Origin: Methylococcaceae bacterium
Lineage (GTDB): Bacteria; Pseudomonadota; Gammaproteobacteria; Methylococcales; Methylomonadaceae
Length of the DNA: 62,917 nt
NCBI GenBank assembly: GCA_030627285.1
Contig: DAOUSJ010000001.1
Span: forward strand, 1 to 62,917
Reading direction: 5' to 3'
This document shows, one piece after another, positions 40,560 through 50,543 of the stretch. The stretch's first letter is position 1, and each line of letters starts with the position of its first letter. A program made the position numbers and the translations under genes. The notes below the pieces were generated by a model. It was not told where the DNA came from, made no database searches, and saw only the letters and a list, made by a program, of their open reading frames with translations.

Positions 40560-42002
40560 ATGAAGCAATCATTACAGCTCCATATGGGGCAACAACTTAC
40601 CATGACCCCGCAATTGCAACAGGCGATTAAGTTGTTGCAATTATCAACTTTAGATTTACAACAGGAAATTCAAAATGCATTAGATTCTAACATTATGCTG
40701 GAAGTAGATGAGGAAGTTAGCAAGCCAAATTCTGATCCATCTAATGAAACTAAAGCTGAAACTGAAGAAATAAATAGTGCAGGTTCTCAAACTGAAATAC
40801 CCACAGAATTACCAATAGATTCAAGCTGGGAAGATGTGTATGAAGGCAGCCTAAATTATACTCAAGCTTTGCATAAAACCGAATTTCCAGATTTTGAATC
40901 TCAACATAGCAAAATAGTATCTTTAAAAGATTATTTATTAAATCAATTAAAACTTTCGTTGCTTTCAGAACGCGATCAAGCAATTGCCATCACTATAATA
41001 GATTCATTAAATGAAGATGGTTATTTAAGCACTTCTTTGGAGGATGTTTATACAGCTTTATTAGATGACATGGAAGATTTAGAATTTGATGAAGTCCAAG
41101 CAGTTTTACATAGCATCCAAAATTTTGATCCTATTGGAATTGCCGCACTTGATTTAGCTGATTGTTTAAGCTTGCAACTTAAAGCTTTACCTACTTCAAA
41201 TAATACTGATATTGCCCTTACACTCATCAAAAAATATCTTGATTTACTCGCCACCCAGCAACAAAGTAAATTAATGCAAAAATTAGGCGTTTCTGAAATT
41301 AAATTGGAACAAGTAATTAGTTTAATCAGAAGTTTAGATCCAAAACCAGGTCAAAAATTACAACAATTAAAAACTGAATACGTAGTTCCTGATGTGTTTG
41401 TAACTAAAAAAAATGATATTTGGCAAGTGAATTTAAATGCTGATATTGCACCTAAATTAAGAATTAATCCATTTTATTCAAGCTTTATTAAACGTGCAGA
41501 TAATAGTCAAGATAATCTCAGCATGAAAACTCATTTACAAGAAGCCAAATGGTTTATTAAAAGTCTTTATGGTAGAAATGAAACCTTATTAAGAGTTGCC
41601 AAGTCAATTATTGCCAAACAAGTTAATTTTTTACAATATGGCGATGTAGCCATGAAACCTATGGTCTTACGTGATATTGCAGAAGAATTAGAATTACATG
41701 AATCAACTATTTCTCGAGTTACTACTAAGAAATATATGCACACTCCTAATGGAATTTTTGAATTTAAATATTTTTTTTCCAGCCATGTATCAACAACTGA
41801 AGGCGGAGATTGTTCTGCAATTGCTATTAGAGCGTTTATAAAAGAATTAATCGCAAATGAATTACCAAATAAACCTCTAAGCGATGATAAAATATCTAAA
41901 TTATTACAAGAAAAAGGCATTAACATAGCACGGCGCACTATCGCAAAATATCGTGAAACTATGTCTATTGCTTCATCTAGACAGCGTAAACGGCTTTTAT
42001 AA
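40560..42002 (+). CDS. rpoN: RNA polymerase sigma-54 factor
   Basis: Region I (LTMTPQLQQAIKLLQLSTLDLQQEI) and the C-terminal RpoN box (ARRTIAKYRE) are present. Confidence 0.95.
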   Translation: MKQSLQLHMGQQLTMTPQLQQAIKLLQLSTLDLQQEIQNALDSNIMLEVDEEVSKPNSDPSNETKAETEEINSAGSQTEIPTELPIDSSWEDVYEGSLNYTQALHKTEFPDFESQHSKIVSLKDYLLNQLKLSLLSERDQAIAITIIDSLNEDGYLSTSLEDVYTALLDDMEDLEFDEVQAVLHSIQNFDPIGIAALDLADCLSLQLKALPTSNNTDIALTLIKKYLDLLATQQQSKLMQKLGVSEIKLEQVISLIRSLDPKPGQKLQQLKTEYVVPDVFVTKKNDIWQVNLNADIAPKLRINPFYSSFIKRADNSQDNLSMKTHLQEAKWFIKSLYGRNETLLRVAKSIIAKQVNFLQYGDVAMKPMVLRDIAEELELHESTISRVTTKKYMHTPNGIFEFKYFFSSHVSTTEGGDCSAIAIRAFIKELIANELPNKPLSDDKISKLLQEKGINIARRTIAKYRETMSIASSRQRKRLL

Positions 42003-42055
42003 GTACGTTATAATCCATAATCACAACATAAATATTTTTAATTAGGAGATTATCC

Positions 42056-42349
42056 ATGCAAGTAAGTATTACTGGTCATCATGTTGACGTAACTGATTCC
42101 TTAAAATTCCACGTAGAAGAAAAAATCGGTAAATTAAAACGCCATTTTGACAATGTGACTGATGTTCATGTTATTTTAACTGTAGAAAAATTAAACCAAA
42201 AAGCTGAAGCAACTGTACAAATTAGTGGTGCTAAGTTATTCGCTGAAGACCATCAAGCAGATATGTATACCGCTATAGATCATATGGTAGATAAATTAGA
42301 TCGCCAAATTATTAAACATAAAGAAAAAACTGGTCATCATCGCGGATAA
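42056..42349 (+). CDS. hpf: Ribosome hibernation promoting factor
   Basis: It is a 97-aa member of the sigma-54 modulation protein family (MQVSITGHHVDVTDSLK...), located after rpoN. Confidence 0.9.
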   Translation: MQVSITGHHVDVTDSLKFHVEEKIGKLKRHFDNVTDVHVILTVEKLNQKAEATVQISGAKLFAEDHQADMYTAIDHMVDKLDRQIIKHKEKTGHHRG

Positions 42350-42470
42350 ATAAACACTAAGTAAATACGTCTCACGATTTAAAAAATTCATCTGAATACA
42401 TATATTTTTGTGAGACTTATCTACAACTACACCCGTTGCATCCATTTTTCATTCATAACCTACATATTTA

Positions 42471-43829
42471 ATGTCTATTACAGTGAAACAAGATCATAAT
42501 AAATACCAACTTGAGCGTGTCATAGAACTCTTAAAACAAGGTTCTACGTATGAAATGAGGAATTTTATTCACTCTATTTATCCTGCTGAAACTGCAAATA
42601 TTATCAGTGCTTTAGATATTGAAGAGCGTAAACAAATATGGGCAGTAATTCCAATCAATGTAATGGGGGAAATTTTAGTTAAACTAAACACTGAAGTTGC
42701 CGCTAGTTTAATCCAAATTACCGATAGAAATGATCTAATTCAAGCAATAGAAAAACTTGAATCAGATGATATGGTAGATTTATTACATACATTACCAGAA
42801 CCAACATTATCTAATGTATTGGAATCTATTGGAGTTACCGAACGTCGTCGTTTAGAATCAGCATTATCATTTGCTGATGACACTGCCGGCGGACTAATGT
42901 CACTAGATGTGTTAACCATAAGTCCTGATGTTTCTTTAGATGTAGTCAGTCGTTATTTACGCAAACGCGGTAAAATACCAACAGGAACTGATGGCTTATA
43001 TGTAATTGACAATAAAAATCACTTGCAAGGTATCTTACCCATAGATTGTTTATTGACAGAAGATCTAAATAAAAAAGTTTCTGCGGTCATGCAAAGCAGT
43101 GTAGATGCAGTTCCATATCAAATGCCGGCTTCGGAAGTCGCGCATTTATTTGAACAGCACAGTATGCTATCCACACCAGTATTAACCGAAACAGGCAAAC
43201 TATTAGGTAGAATAACTTTAGATGATATTATTGGTGTAATTCGTGGCGAAGAAGAACATGCAGTTATGCAACGGGTAGGCTTGGATGAAAAACAAGATTT
43301 ATTTGCCCCTGCAGTAACCAGTTCAAAAAGAAGGGGCGTATGGCTGGGAATTAATTTATTCACAGCATTCTTAGCTTCTTGGGTGATTGGTTTATTTGAA
43401 GCAACCTTAGATCAAATAGTTGCTTTAGCAGTTTTAATGCCAATAGTTGCAAGCATGGGTGGAATTGCTGGCAGCCAAACCCTAACCCTAGTAATTAGAG
43501 GTCTAGCATTAAAGCAAGTAAATATGTCGAATGCAAGCAGACTTTTAACTAAAGAGTTAGCTGTAGGTGCGGTAAATGGAGTCTTATGGGCTAGTGTTGT
43601 GGCACTGATTGCTAGTCTTTGGTTCCAAAGTGCAAGTTTAGGCATTTTACTTGGAAGTGCCATGATTATAAATCTTTTATGTGCAGCCCTAGCAGGTACA
43701 ATAATTCCATTAGCACTAGATAAAGTTGGTATTGATCCAGCACTTGCTGGTGGCGTACTTCTAACTACCGTCACTGATGTAATTGGCTTTATGGCATTTT
43801 TAGGCTTAGCAACAATATTTTTAATTTAA
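42471..43829 (+). CDS. mgtE: Magnesium transporter MgtE
   Basis: It has the MgtE N-domain, tandem CBS domains and a C-terminal 5-TM channel domain (PIVASMGGIAGSQT, TVTDVIGF). Confidence 0.9.
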   Translation: MSITVKQDHNKYQLERVIELLKQGSTYEMRNFIHSIYPAETANIISALDIEERKQIWAVIPINVMGEILVKLNTEVAASLIQITDRNDLIQAIEKLESDDMVDLLHTLPEPTLSNVLESIGVTERRRLESALSFADDTAGGLMSLDVLTISPDVSLDVVSRYLRKRGKIPTGTDGLYVIDNKNHLQGILPIDCLLTEDLNKKVSAVMQSSVDAVPYQMPASEVAHLFEQHSMLSTPVLTETGKLLGRITLDDIIGVIRGEEEHAVMQRVGLDEKQDLFAPAVTSSKRRGVWLGINLFTAFLASWVIGLFEATLDQIVALAVLMPIVASMGGIAGSQTLTLVIRGLALKQVNMSNASRLLTKELAVGAVNGVLWASVVALIASLWFQSASLGILLGSAMIINLLCAALAGTIIPLALDKVGIDPALAGGVLLTTVTDVIGFMAFLGLATIFLI

Positions 43830-43926
43830 CTGCTAAAATTAACTTTCAGTAAAAAACATTGGCAGTAATGGATTGCTATTTCAACGCTAAAATTTCCATT
43901 CTGCCTTTGACCTCAATTATTTACCC

Positions 43927-44190
43927 CTATTTAGTTAACTCATCATCTGGCAAAACTATATTCAACTCTAATGTTTCACGATCATCATCTTGTTCAAGAT
44001 TAACTGACACAGATTTCTCATCCACATTAAAATATTTCTGAATCACTGCAAGTAACTCTTGCTTTAACTTAGGTAAATATGAAAGTTGACTCCTTGAAGA
44101 ACGCTCATGAGCTACCAAAATTTGCAGTCGTTCTTTTGCAATAGCTGCTGAAGTAGGCTTAGAAGCTCTAAAATAATCCAGCAAACTCAT
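43927..44190 (-). CDS. minE: Cell division topological specificity factor
   Basis: 87 aa. MSLLDYFR... and AKERLQILVAHER are present. Confidence 0.9.
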   Translation of the reverse strand: MSLLDYFRASKPTSAAIAKERLQILVAHERSSRSQLSYLPKLKQELLAVIQKYFNVDEKSVSVNLEQDDDRETLELNIVLPDDELTK

Positions 44191-44999
44191 TATTTACTCC
44201 TAAACAAGCCACTAAATAAACCACGTTTCACTTTAATAAAACGATGCGGAACTTCTTCACCTAAATATCGATCTACAATATCTTTATACGCAGCTCCAGC
44301 ATTACTTTTTTCATCTAAAATCACTGGAACTCCTGCATTAGAAGCTTCTAATACTGACTTGGATTCTGGAATTACCCCTAACAAAGGCAAAGACAAAATT
44401 TCCTTTACATCATCCACACTTAACATGCCGCCATCTTTAACCCGTGAAGGTGAATAACGTGACAATAACAAAAATTCTTTAATTGGCTCTTGACCAGTTT
44501 CAGCTCGCTGAGATTTACTTGCTAAAATCCCCAACATTCTATCTGAGTCTCGCACTGAAGCAACTTCTGGATTAGTCACCACAAAAGCATCATCAGCAAA
44601 ATACATGGCAAAATTAGCTCCACGTTCAATTCCAGCTGGAGAATCACACAAAATATACTCAAAATCCCGCTTTAATTCTGTTAAAACCTTCTCAACCCCA
44701 TCCTTAGTTAAAGCATCTTTATCACGCGTTTGTGAAGCTGGCAAAATGTACAATTTATCACAACGTTTATCTTTAATTAAAGCCTGATTTAGAGTAGCCT
44801 CACCATTAATAACATTAATAAAATCATACACCACACGCCGTTCACAACCCATGATTAAATCTAAATTGCGCAAACCAACATCAAAATCAATTACCGCAGT
44901 TTTAAAGCCTTTCAATGCCAATCCCATAGCAATTGCAGCACTTGTGGTTGTTTTGCCTACGCCACCTTTTCCAGATGTCACAACAATAATTCTAGCCAA
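44190..44999 (-). CDS. minD: Septum site-determining ATPase MinD
   Basis: I placed the start at the TTG at 44999, giving (M)ARIIVVTSGKGGVGKTT, with AGAGGAA 7 nt upstream. The longer track ORF (to 45035) would overlap minC. Confidence 0.9.
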   Translation of the reverse strand: MARIIVVTSGKGGVGKTTTSAAIAMGLALKGFKTAVIDFDVGLRNLDLIMGCERRVVYDFINVINGEATLNQALIKDKRCDKLYILPASQTRDKDALTKDGVEKVLTELKRDFEYILCDSPAGIERGANFAMYFADDAFVVTNPEVASVRDSDRMLGILASKSQRAETGQEPIKEFLLLSRYSPSRVKDGGMLSVDDVKEILSLPLLGVIPESKSVLEASNAGVPVILDEKSNAGAAYKDIVDRYLGEEVPHRFIKVKRGLFSGLFRSK

Positions 45000-45021
45000 T
45001 GATTTTTCCTCTGATAACCCG

Positions 45022-45732
45022 TTATAATGCTTCAATAATTAAAGCTTGATCTTGTAAAAAAACTTGCACATTTTGTTTGCTTAATGAATTATCCAAACTA
45101 TCATTTAAACGATAATTCCCTGCAATAGAGACTAATTCAGCTTGCAAATCCGCACAAAAAATTCGCCGACTAATATCGCCTTGCACTCCTGCTAAAGCCC
45201 GACCACGTAAGGAAGCGTAAATATGAATATTGCCTTCAGCCATTACTTCCGCACCAGCACTAACTTGAGCTAAAATAATCAAATCTCCTTGAGCATAAAT
45301 CCTCTGACCCGAACGCACTGGTTGAGTAATTAATTTCACTTCGATTTTTTTAATTACTGGTTTTTGCACCGAATCTGGTTGAGTAATTTTTTTTACCGGC
45401 ATTGTATGTACTGGAACTCCAGCTGCAATAGCTATTTGATGCTGTGATTTACTACCGCCTTGCACACCAATGGGTAAAAACTCCAATTCTCGCAACAAAA
45501 GTATTAGTTTGGTAATATCAATAGATTGACTATGTGTCAATAAATAAGCTAAATTAATTAACAGCGGGGAATTTCTGAAAAAATCTGGTGCTTGAGCAAT
45601 TTTTTGCTGTAATTTTTCTTGAATATCATCTAATTGCGGACTAAATAAAATTAAAGTAGACACATTAATAGCACGACTTTTAAATTCTAAAACAGATTCT
45701 GTAACTAACAAGTCCTGAGTGTCTATAGGCAT
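45022..45732 (-). CDS. minC: Septum site-determining protein MinC
   Basis: The C-terminal MinC beta-helix is present (VRSGQRIYAQGDLIILAQVSAGAEVMAEGNIHIY). The likely start is the ATG at 45732 (MPIDTQD...), because the ORF-track N-extension is AT-rich read-through. Confidence 0.8.
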   Translation of the reverse strand: MPIDTQDLLVTESVLEFKSRAINVSTLILFSPQLDDIQEKLQQKIAQAPDFFRNSPLLINLAYLLTHSQSIDITKLILLLRELEFLPIGVQGGSKSQHQIAIAAGVPVHTMPVKKITQPDSVQKPVIKKIEVKLITQPVRSGQRIYAQGDLIILAQVSAGAEVMAEGNIHIYASLRGRALAGVQGDISRRIFCADLQAELVSIAGNYRLNDSLDNSLSKQNVQVFLQDQALIIEAL

Positions 45733-45821
45733 GAGAATTAAATTATTTATGAAAATATATGTGTAAATTTTAGCATTGATACTTAAAAAAATCATTGTTT
45801 GCTAATCATACTCTAAATGTT

Positions 45822-46613
45822 TTAAATTATAATCAGCATAGTTGCCATTAAAAACAATAATCCAGAAAAATATCGTTTTAAAATTTGGGCTGGAAGTTTA
45901 CCAACTAATTTAGCCCCTATAGGTGCAGTTATCATACTAGCACAAATAATGCCAAAAAAAGCCGGCAAATAAATATAGCCAAAACTTCCTGCTGGCAAAT
46001 GTTGCTGTTGCAAACCTAAAATAATATATCCAATACTTGCAGCTATAGACAACGGTAATCCACAAGCACTAGAAATAGCCACTGCATTTTTCATTGGTAT
46101 TTGACAACTTAATAAAAATGGTACATTTAGAGTTCCACCACCAATCCCTAACACGGCAGAAATTAGACCTATTACTAAGCCAACACTATAATTTACGCAT
46201 TTACTAACTTGCTGTAATTCAATATAGGGCTTAAATTGAAATGCCATTTGGCAACCCACATATAGCAAATATATAATGAATATAGTCCGCAAATAATCTG
46301 TTGGTAAACTATCAGTGATTAAAGTCCCAATAATTGCCCCCACCACAATACTAGGCATGAGTTGCAATACAATCTTCCATAATAAATTATGCTGATAATG
46401 ATGAGTGATTATACTAGCAATGGCAGTAAAAACTATAGTCGCTAATGAAGTTGCAATCGCCATTATCATCCACATGGATTCGGGCAATATAGAAAAATTA
46501 GCGAACAAAAACAATAATACTGGCACAATTACTAAACCACCTCCAATCCCCAACATACCTGACAATAAACCACTTACCATGCCCAAAACAACACTAGCTA
46601 AAAATATTGTCAT
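45822..46613 (-). CDS. TSUP (TauE/SafE) family anion exporter
   Basis: It is a polytopic membrane protein of 263 aa with duplicated GIGGG motifs (GMLGIGGGLVIVP, LGIGGGTLNVP). Confidence 0.8.
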   Translation of the reverse strand: MTIFLASVVLGMVSGLLSGMLGIGGGLVIVPVLLFLFANFSILPESMWMIMAIATSLATIVFTAIASIITHHYQHNLLWKIVLQLMPSIVVGAIIGTLITDSLPTDYLRTIFIIYLLYVGCQMAFQFKPYIELQQVSKCVNYSVGLVIGLISAVLGIGGGTLNVPFLLSCQIPMKNAVAISSACGLPLSIAASIGYIILGLQQQHLPAGSFGYIYLPAFFGIICASMITAPIGAKLVGKLPAQILKRYFSGLLFLMATMLIII

Positions 46614-46686
46614 TCTTTGCTTGCCATCAATATTGAAATTAAATATGCTATTCTACGCCGATTAATTCTCCAGCTTGAAATTAACC

Positions 46687-47931
46687 ATGAAAACTTTTTT
46701 AGTCGGCGGCGCAGTCCGCGACCAATTACTTAATTATCCGGTAACTGAAAAGGATTGGGTAGTAATTGGTGAAACTCCAGAATCCATGTTAAGCAATGAT
46801 TTTCAACAAGTTGGCAAAGATTTTCCAGTATTTTTACACCCTAAAACTCGGGAAGAATACGCATTAGCTCGCACTGAAAGAAAAACCGCTGTTGGTTACA
46901 CAGGCTTTAAAGTTTATAGTGATCCCAATGTCACTTTAGAAGCTGATTTAATTCGTCGTGATTTAACTATTAACGCCATGGCAATGGATGCAACTGGTGC
47001 GATTATTGACCCATATAACGGTCAACAAGATTTAAAACAACGCATATTTAGACATGTATCTCCAGCATTTAGCGAAGACCCAGTAAGAATTTTACGTGTT
47101 GCTAGGTTTGCCGCTAAATATGCACATTTAGGCTTTAAAATTGCTCCAGAAACCTTAGAACTAATGCGTTCTATGGTATTAGCAGGCGAAACTGCACACC
47201 TAGTTGCTGAAAGAGTCTGGGCAGAATTACATAAAGCCTTATTGTGCCTAACTCCAGTAGCATTTTTTGAAAGTTTACAAGCCTGCAACGCTTTAGCAGT
47301 AATTTTTCCAGAGATTCAACAATTATTTGGAGTACCTCAACCTGCCAAACATCACCCTGAAATTGACACGGGCATCCATAGTTTTATGTGTTTACAACAG
47401 GCTAGCAAATTATCTGCGAAAGCAGAAGTCCGCTTAGCAACTCTATTACATGACTTAGGTAAAGCAGTTACACCAGTAACAAAATTACCCAAACATCATG
47501 GGCATGAACAAGCTGGATTACCTATTTTAGCTAAATTTTGCCAACGTCTACGAATTCCAACTGAATTTACCAAATTAGCCAAACTAGTCATGCAATATCA
47601 CACCCACTGTCATACTATTATGCAATTACGCCCGCAAACTTTGGTGAATTTATTAGAAAAATTAGGCGTGTTCAGTCAACATCACAATCATTTGGACAAT
47701 TTTATAGTTGCTTGCACTGCCGATGCTCAAGGCCGTTTAGGTTATGTAAACACGGCTTATCCGCAAGCTGATTATTTAAACACCGCCGCTCAAATTGCAC
47801 AAACAATTGAAGTTCAAGCAATTCTTGCTTTAGGTTTTACTGGTAAAAACATTAGTTTAGAATTACGCCGCCAACGAATTACTGCCATCAAAAATTGGAA
47901 ATCACAACAAACTATGCAGCAAATACACTAA
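46687..47931 (+). CDS. cca: Multifunctional CCA-adding tRNA nucleotidyltransferase
   Basis: From the ATG at 46687 it reads MKTFLVGGAVRD. RDLTINA is present, and the HD domain is present (LLHDLGK). Confidence 0.9.
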   Translation: MKTFLVGGAVRDQLLNYPVTEKDWVVIGETPESMLSNDFQQVGKDFPVFLHPKTREEYALARTERKTAVGYTGFKVYSDPNVTLEADLIRRDLTINAMAMDATGAIIDPYNGQQDLKQRIFRHVSPAFSEDPVRILRVARFAAKYAHLGFKIAPETLELMRSMVLAGETAHLVAERVWAELHKALLCLTPVAFFESLQACNALAVIFPEIQQLFGVPQPAKHHPEIDTGIHSFMCLQQASKLSAKAEVRLATLLHDLGKAVTPVTKLPKHHGHEQAGLPILAKFCQRLRIPTEFTKLAKLVMQYHTHCHTIMQLRPQTLVNLLEKLGVFSQHHNHLDNFIVACTADAQGRLGYVNTAYPQADYLNTAAQIAQTIEVQAILALGFTGKNISLELRRQRITAIKNWKSQQTMQQIH

Positions 47932-50444
47932 TTCTAAGGCTTGTTTGGGAGTCATATCATCAGGTTGTTTAGCTGTTAAAGTGCTTAACAACACTGATTC
48001 TATCGTGCTTGTATCCTCGGAAATAGTTTGTAAATGCGCCTGTTGTTCTAATTCAGCCAATTTTTTCTGAGCCTGATTCAAAACCACAGTTGGTATACCT
48101 GCTAATGCCGCAACTTGCAAACCATAACTTTGCTGCGCAATTCCAGCTTTTACCTGATGCATAAACACGATTTGTTGCCCATGTTCCACCACATCTAAAT
48201 ACACATTTTGAATTTGAGGATAATTACTAACCAAGGTAGTTAATTCCACATAATGAGTCGCAAATAAAGTCCATGCCTGCGTGCTTTGCACCAAATGTTC
48301 AGCTACTCTGCCCAAGCCAATGACAAACCATCAAAAGTGCTAGTTCCACGCCCAATTTCATCCATTAAGACTAAACTATTTGCAGTAGCATTATGCAAAA
48401 TATTTGCAGTTTCCGCCATTTCTAACATAAATGTTGATTGTGCATTAGCTAAATCATCCCCAGCACCAATGCGTGTAAAAATTTTATCTATAATTCCACA
48501 TGTCATTGATTTTGCAGGCACATAACAACCTATATGCGCTAAAATCACCATCAAAGCTGTTTGGCGCATAAACACACTTTTTCCGCCCATATTAGGCCCA
48601 GTAATCATCCATAATCTGTGTTGCATATCCAACTGTAAATCATTAGCTACAAACGGAATTTTACTAGTTTGCTCAACTACTAAATGTCTGCCAGCAACAA
48701 TCTGAAGACCTTTATCTTGATTTAAAGTTGCTGGATTTAAATTTAATTTATCTGCCCGTTCTGCAAAACAACTCAATACATCTAACTCCGCTAGAGCTGT
48801 AGCTGCTTGTTGTAATGCAGTTAAACTCTGGGTAATCGTCAACAATAATTGCACATACAATTGCTTTTCAAATTGTAAAGCTTGTTCACGCGCACCTAAA
48901 ATTTTAACCTCAAATTCTTGTAATTCTGGAATCAAATACCGCTCCACAGATTTTAAAGTTTGTTTGCGCTGATAATGACTGGGAACTTTTGCGGTTTGCG
49001 TGCGTGAAATTTCAATAAAATAACCTTGCACCCGATTATATTTAACTTTTAAAGTTTGAATTCCAGTAGCTTGTTGCTCACGCTGTTCCATGTTAGATAA
49101 AAACTGTTCTGCATTAGCACTAAGATTCCGTAACCCATCTAATTCAGCATTATAACCCGTAGCAATTACGCCGCCATCACGAATTAATCCAGCTGGTTGC
49201 TCCACAATTGCTTGCTCCAACAAAGTCAAAATTGTAGCTTGAGGGAATAATTTTTGCCGCAAAGCAATTAAATATTTAGGTGCATCATGAACAATTAAAA
49301 GCTGTAATTGCGGCAATATTGTTAAAGTTTGGCGTAAAACTACTAAATCTCGCGGTCTAGCTGAATTTAATGCAATTCTAGTGCTAACACGTTCAATATC
49401 TCCAGTTTGGGCTAAACATTCGCGCACGAATACATATGCTTGCTTTGCTAATAAAAAATCCACACTAGCATAACGTTGATTTAATATACTCTGATTACGA
49501 ATTGGTCTATGCAACCAACGCCGCAAATACCTGCTACCCATAACAGTTTTGGTACTATTTAACACCCCAAAAAGAGTATATTGCAAGTCTCCGCTAGGAT
49601 GAGAATCTAATTCCAAATGTCGCCTACTAGCACTATCTAACACAATATATTCAGCCGGATTTTCCACCGCCATCGCTTGCACATGTGTAATCTCAGTTTG
49701 CTGAGTAATTTGCAAATAGCTTAATAAAGCTCCAGCAGCCGAAATTGCATACGTAAAAGTATCACAACCAAAGCCTTTTAAATCCAAAACTTGAAATTGC
49801 TGTAATAATAAACTCCTAGCATTTTTAAAATCAAAATCAGCCGCTGGACAAGTTTTTAAACCTTGATAATGTCGTAATTCTGTTGGAATTTTAACATCAG
49901 CATTCAACAATAATTCAGTTGGATTTAAACGATTTAATTCTTGTTTTAAAACCTCAAAACTAGATAGTTCTTGAACTAAAAATCGCCCACTTCCAAGTTC
50001 TAAAGTAGCAATTCCATAATTTTGCTTAAATATTGCTACTGCCACCAGTAAATTATCCTTGCCTGCATCTAACAAAGCTTCATCAGTTACAGTTGCTGGA
50101 GTCACTACCCGCACAACTTTACGTTCCACTGGTGCTTTACTTAAGCCAGCAAGACCAATTTGTTCACATAAAGCTACTGATTCACCCTGTTTTAATAAAC
50201 GCGCTAAATAATTTTCTACCGCATGATGTGGCACTCCAGCCATTGGAATTGGCAACCCTGCAAATTTACCGCGCTTAGTTAAGGTAATATCTAATAATTT
50301 AGCAGCTTTTTTAGCATCATCAAAAAACAGCTCATAAAAATCACCCATACGATAAAATACTAAAATATTAGGATAATCAGCTTTAATACCCAAGTATTGC
50401 TGCATCATTGGTGTATGTGAAGAAATATTTTTTAAGTTAGTCAT
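47902..50444 (-). pseudogene. mutS: DNA mismatch repair protein MutS, reading frame broken after the Walker B region
   Basis: ORF 48303..50444 (713 aa) runs from MutS domain I to ...[23 protein letters not shown] and then stops. ORF 47902..48315 continues in another frame with [25 protein letters not shown]...TPKQALELVYLLHSLL. Together they make about 850 aa of collinear MutS. Confidence 0.8.
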
Positions 50445-50543
50445 TTATTAATTATTTGAAATTACACACTATTAATAATGTATAAATATGTAATGATACA
50501 ATATTGTATATGCCAATTAATACTCACAAATCAAGAAGCTCCC

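Noticed and set aside
42369-42416. Inverted repeat gtctcac...gtgagac downstream of hpf, considered as a terminator or a riboswitch element for mgtE.
   Set aside because: The 7-bp arms are separated by a 34-nt loop and no T-run follows. The 121-bp spacer is too short for an M-box-type Mg2+ riboswitch, and I saw none of its conserved features.
43859-44041. A 60-aa plus-strand ORF downstream of mgtE.
   Set aside because: It overlaps the 3' part of minE on the opposite strand, and its translation is low-complexity. It is likely spurious.
45022-45035. An apparent 14-nt overlap of minC and minD, and a long hydrophobic N-extension of MinC.
   Set aside because: Both come from over-extended ORF calls. 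MinD begins at the TTG at 44999 (MARIIVVTSGKGG, good Shine-Dalgarno). MinC most likely begins at the ATG at 45732. With those starts there is no overlap.
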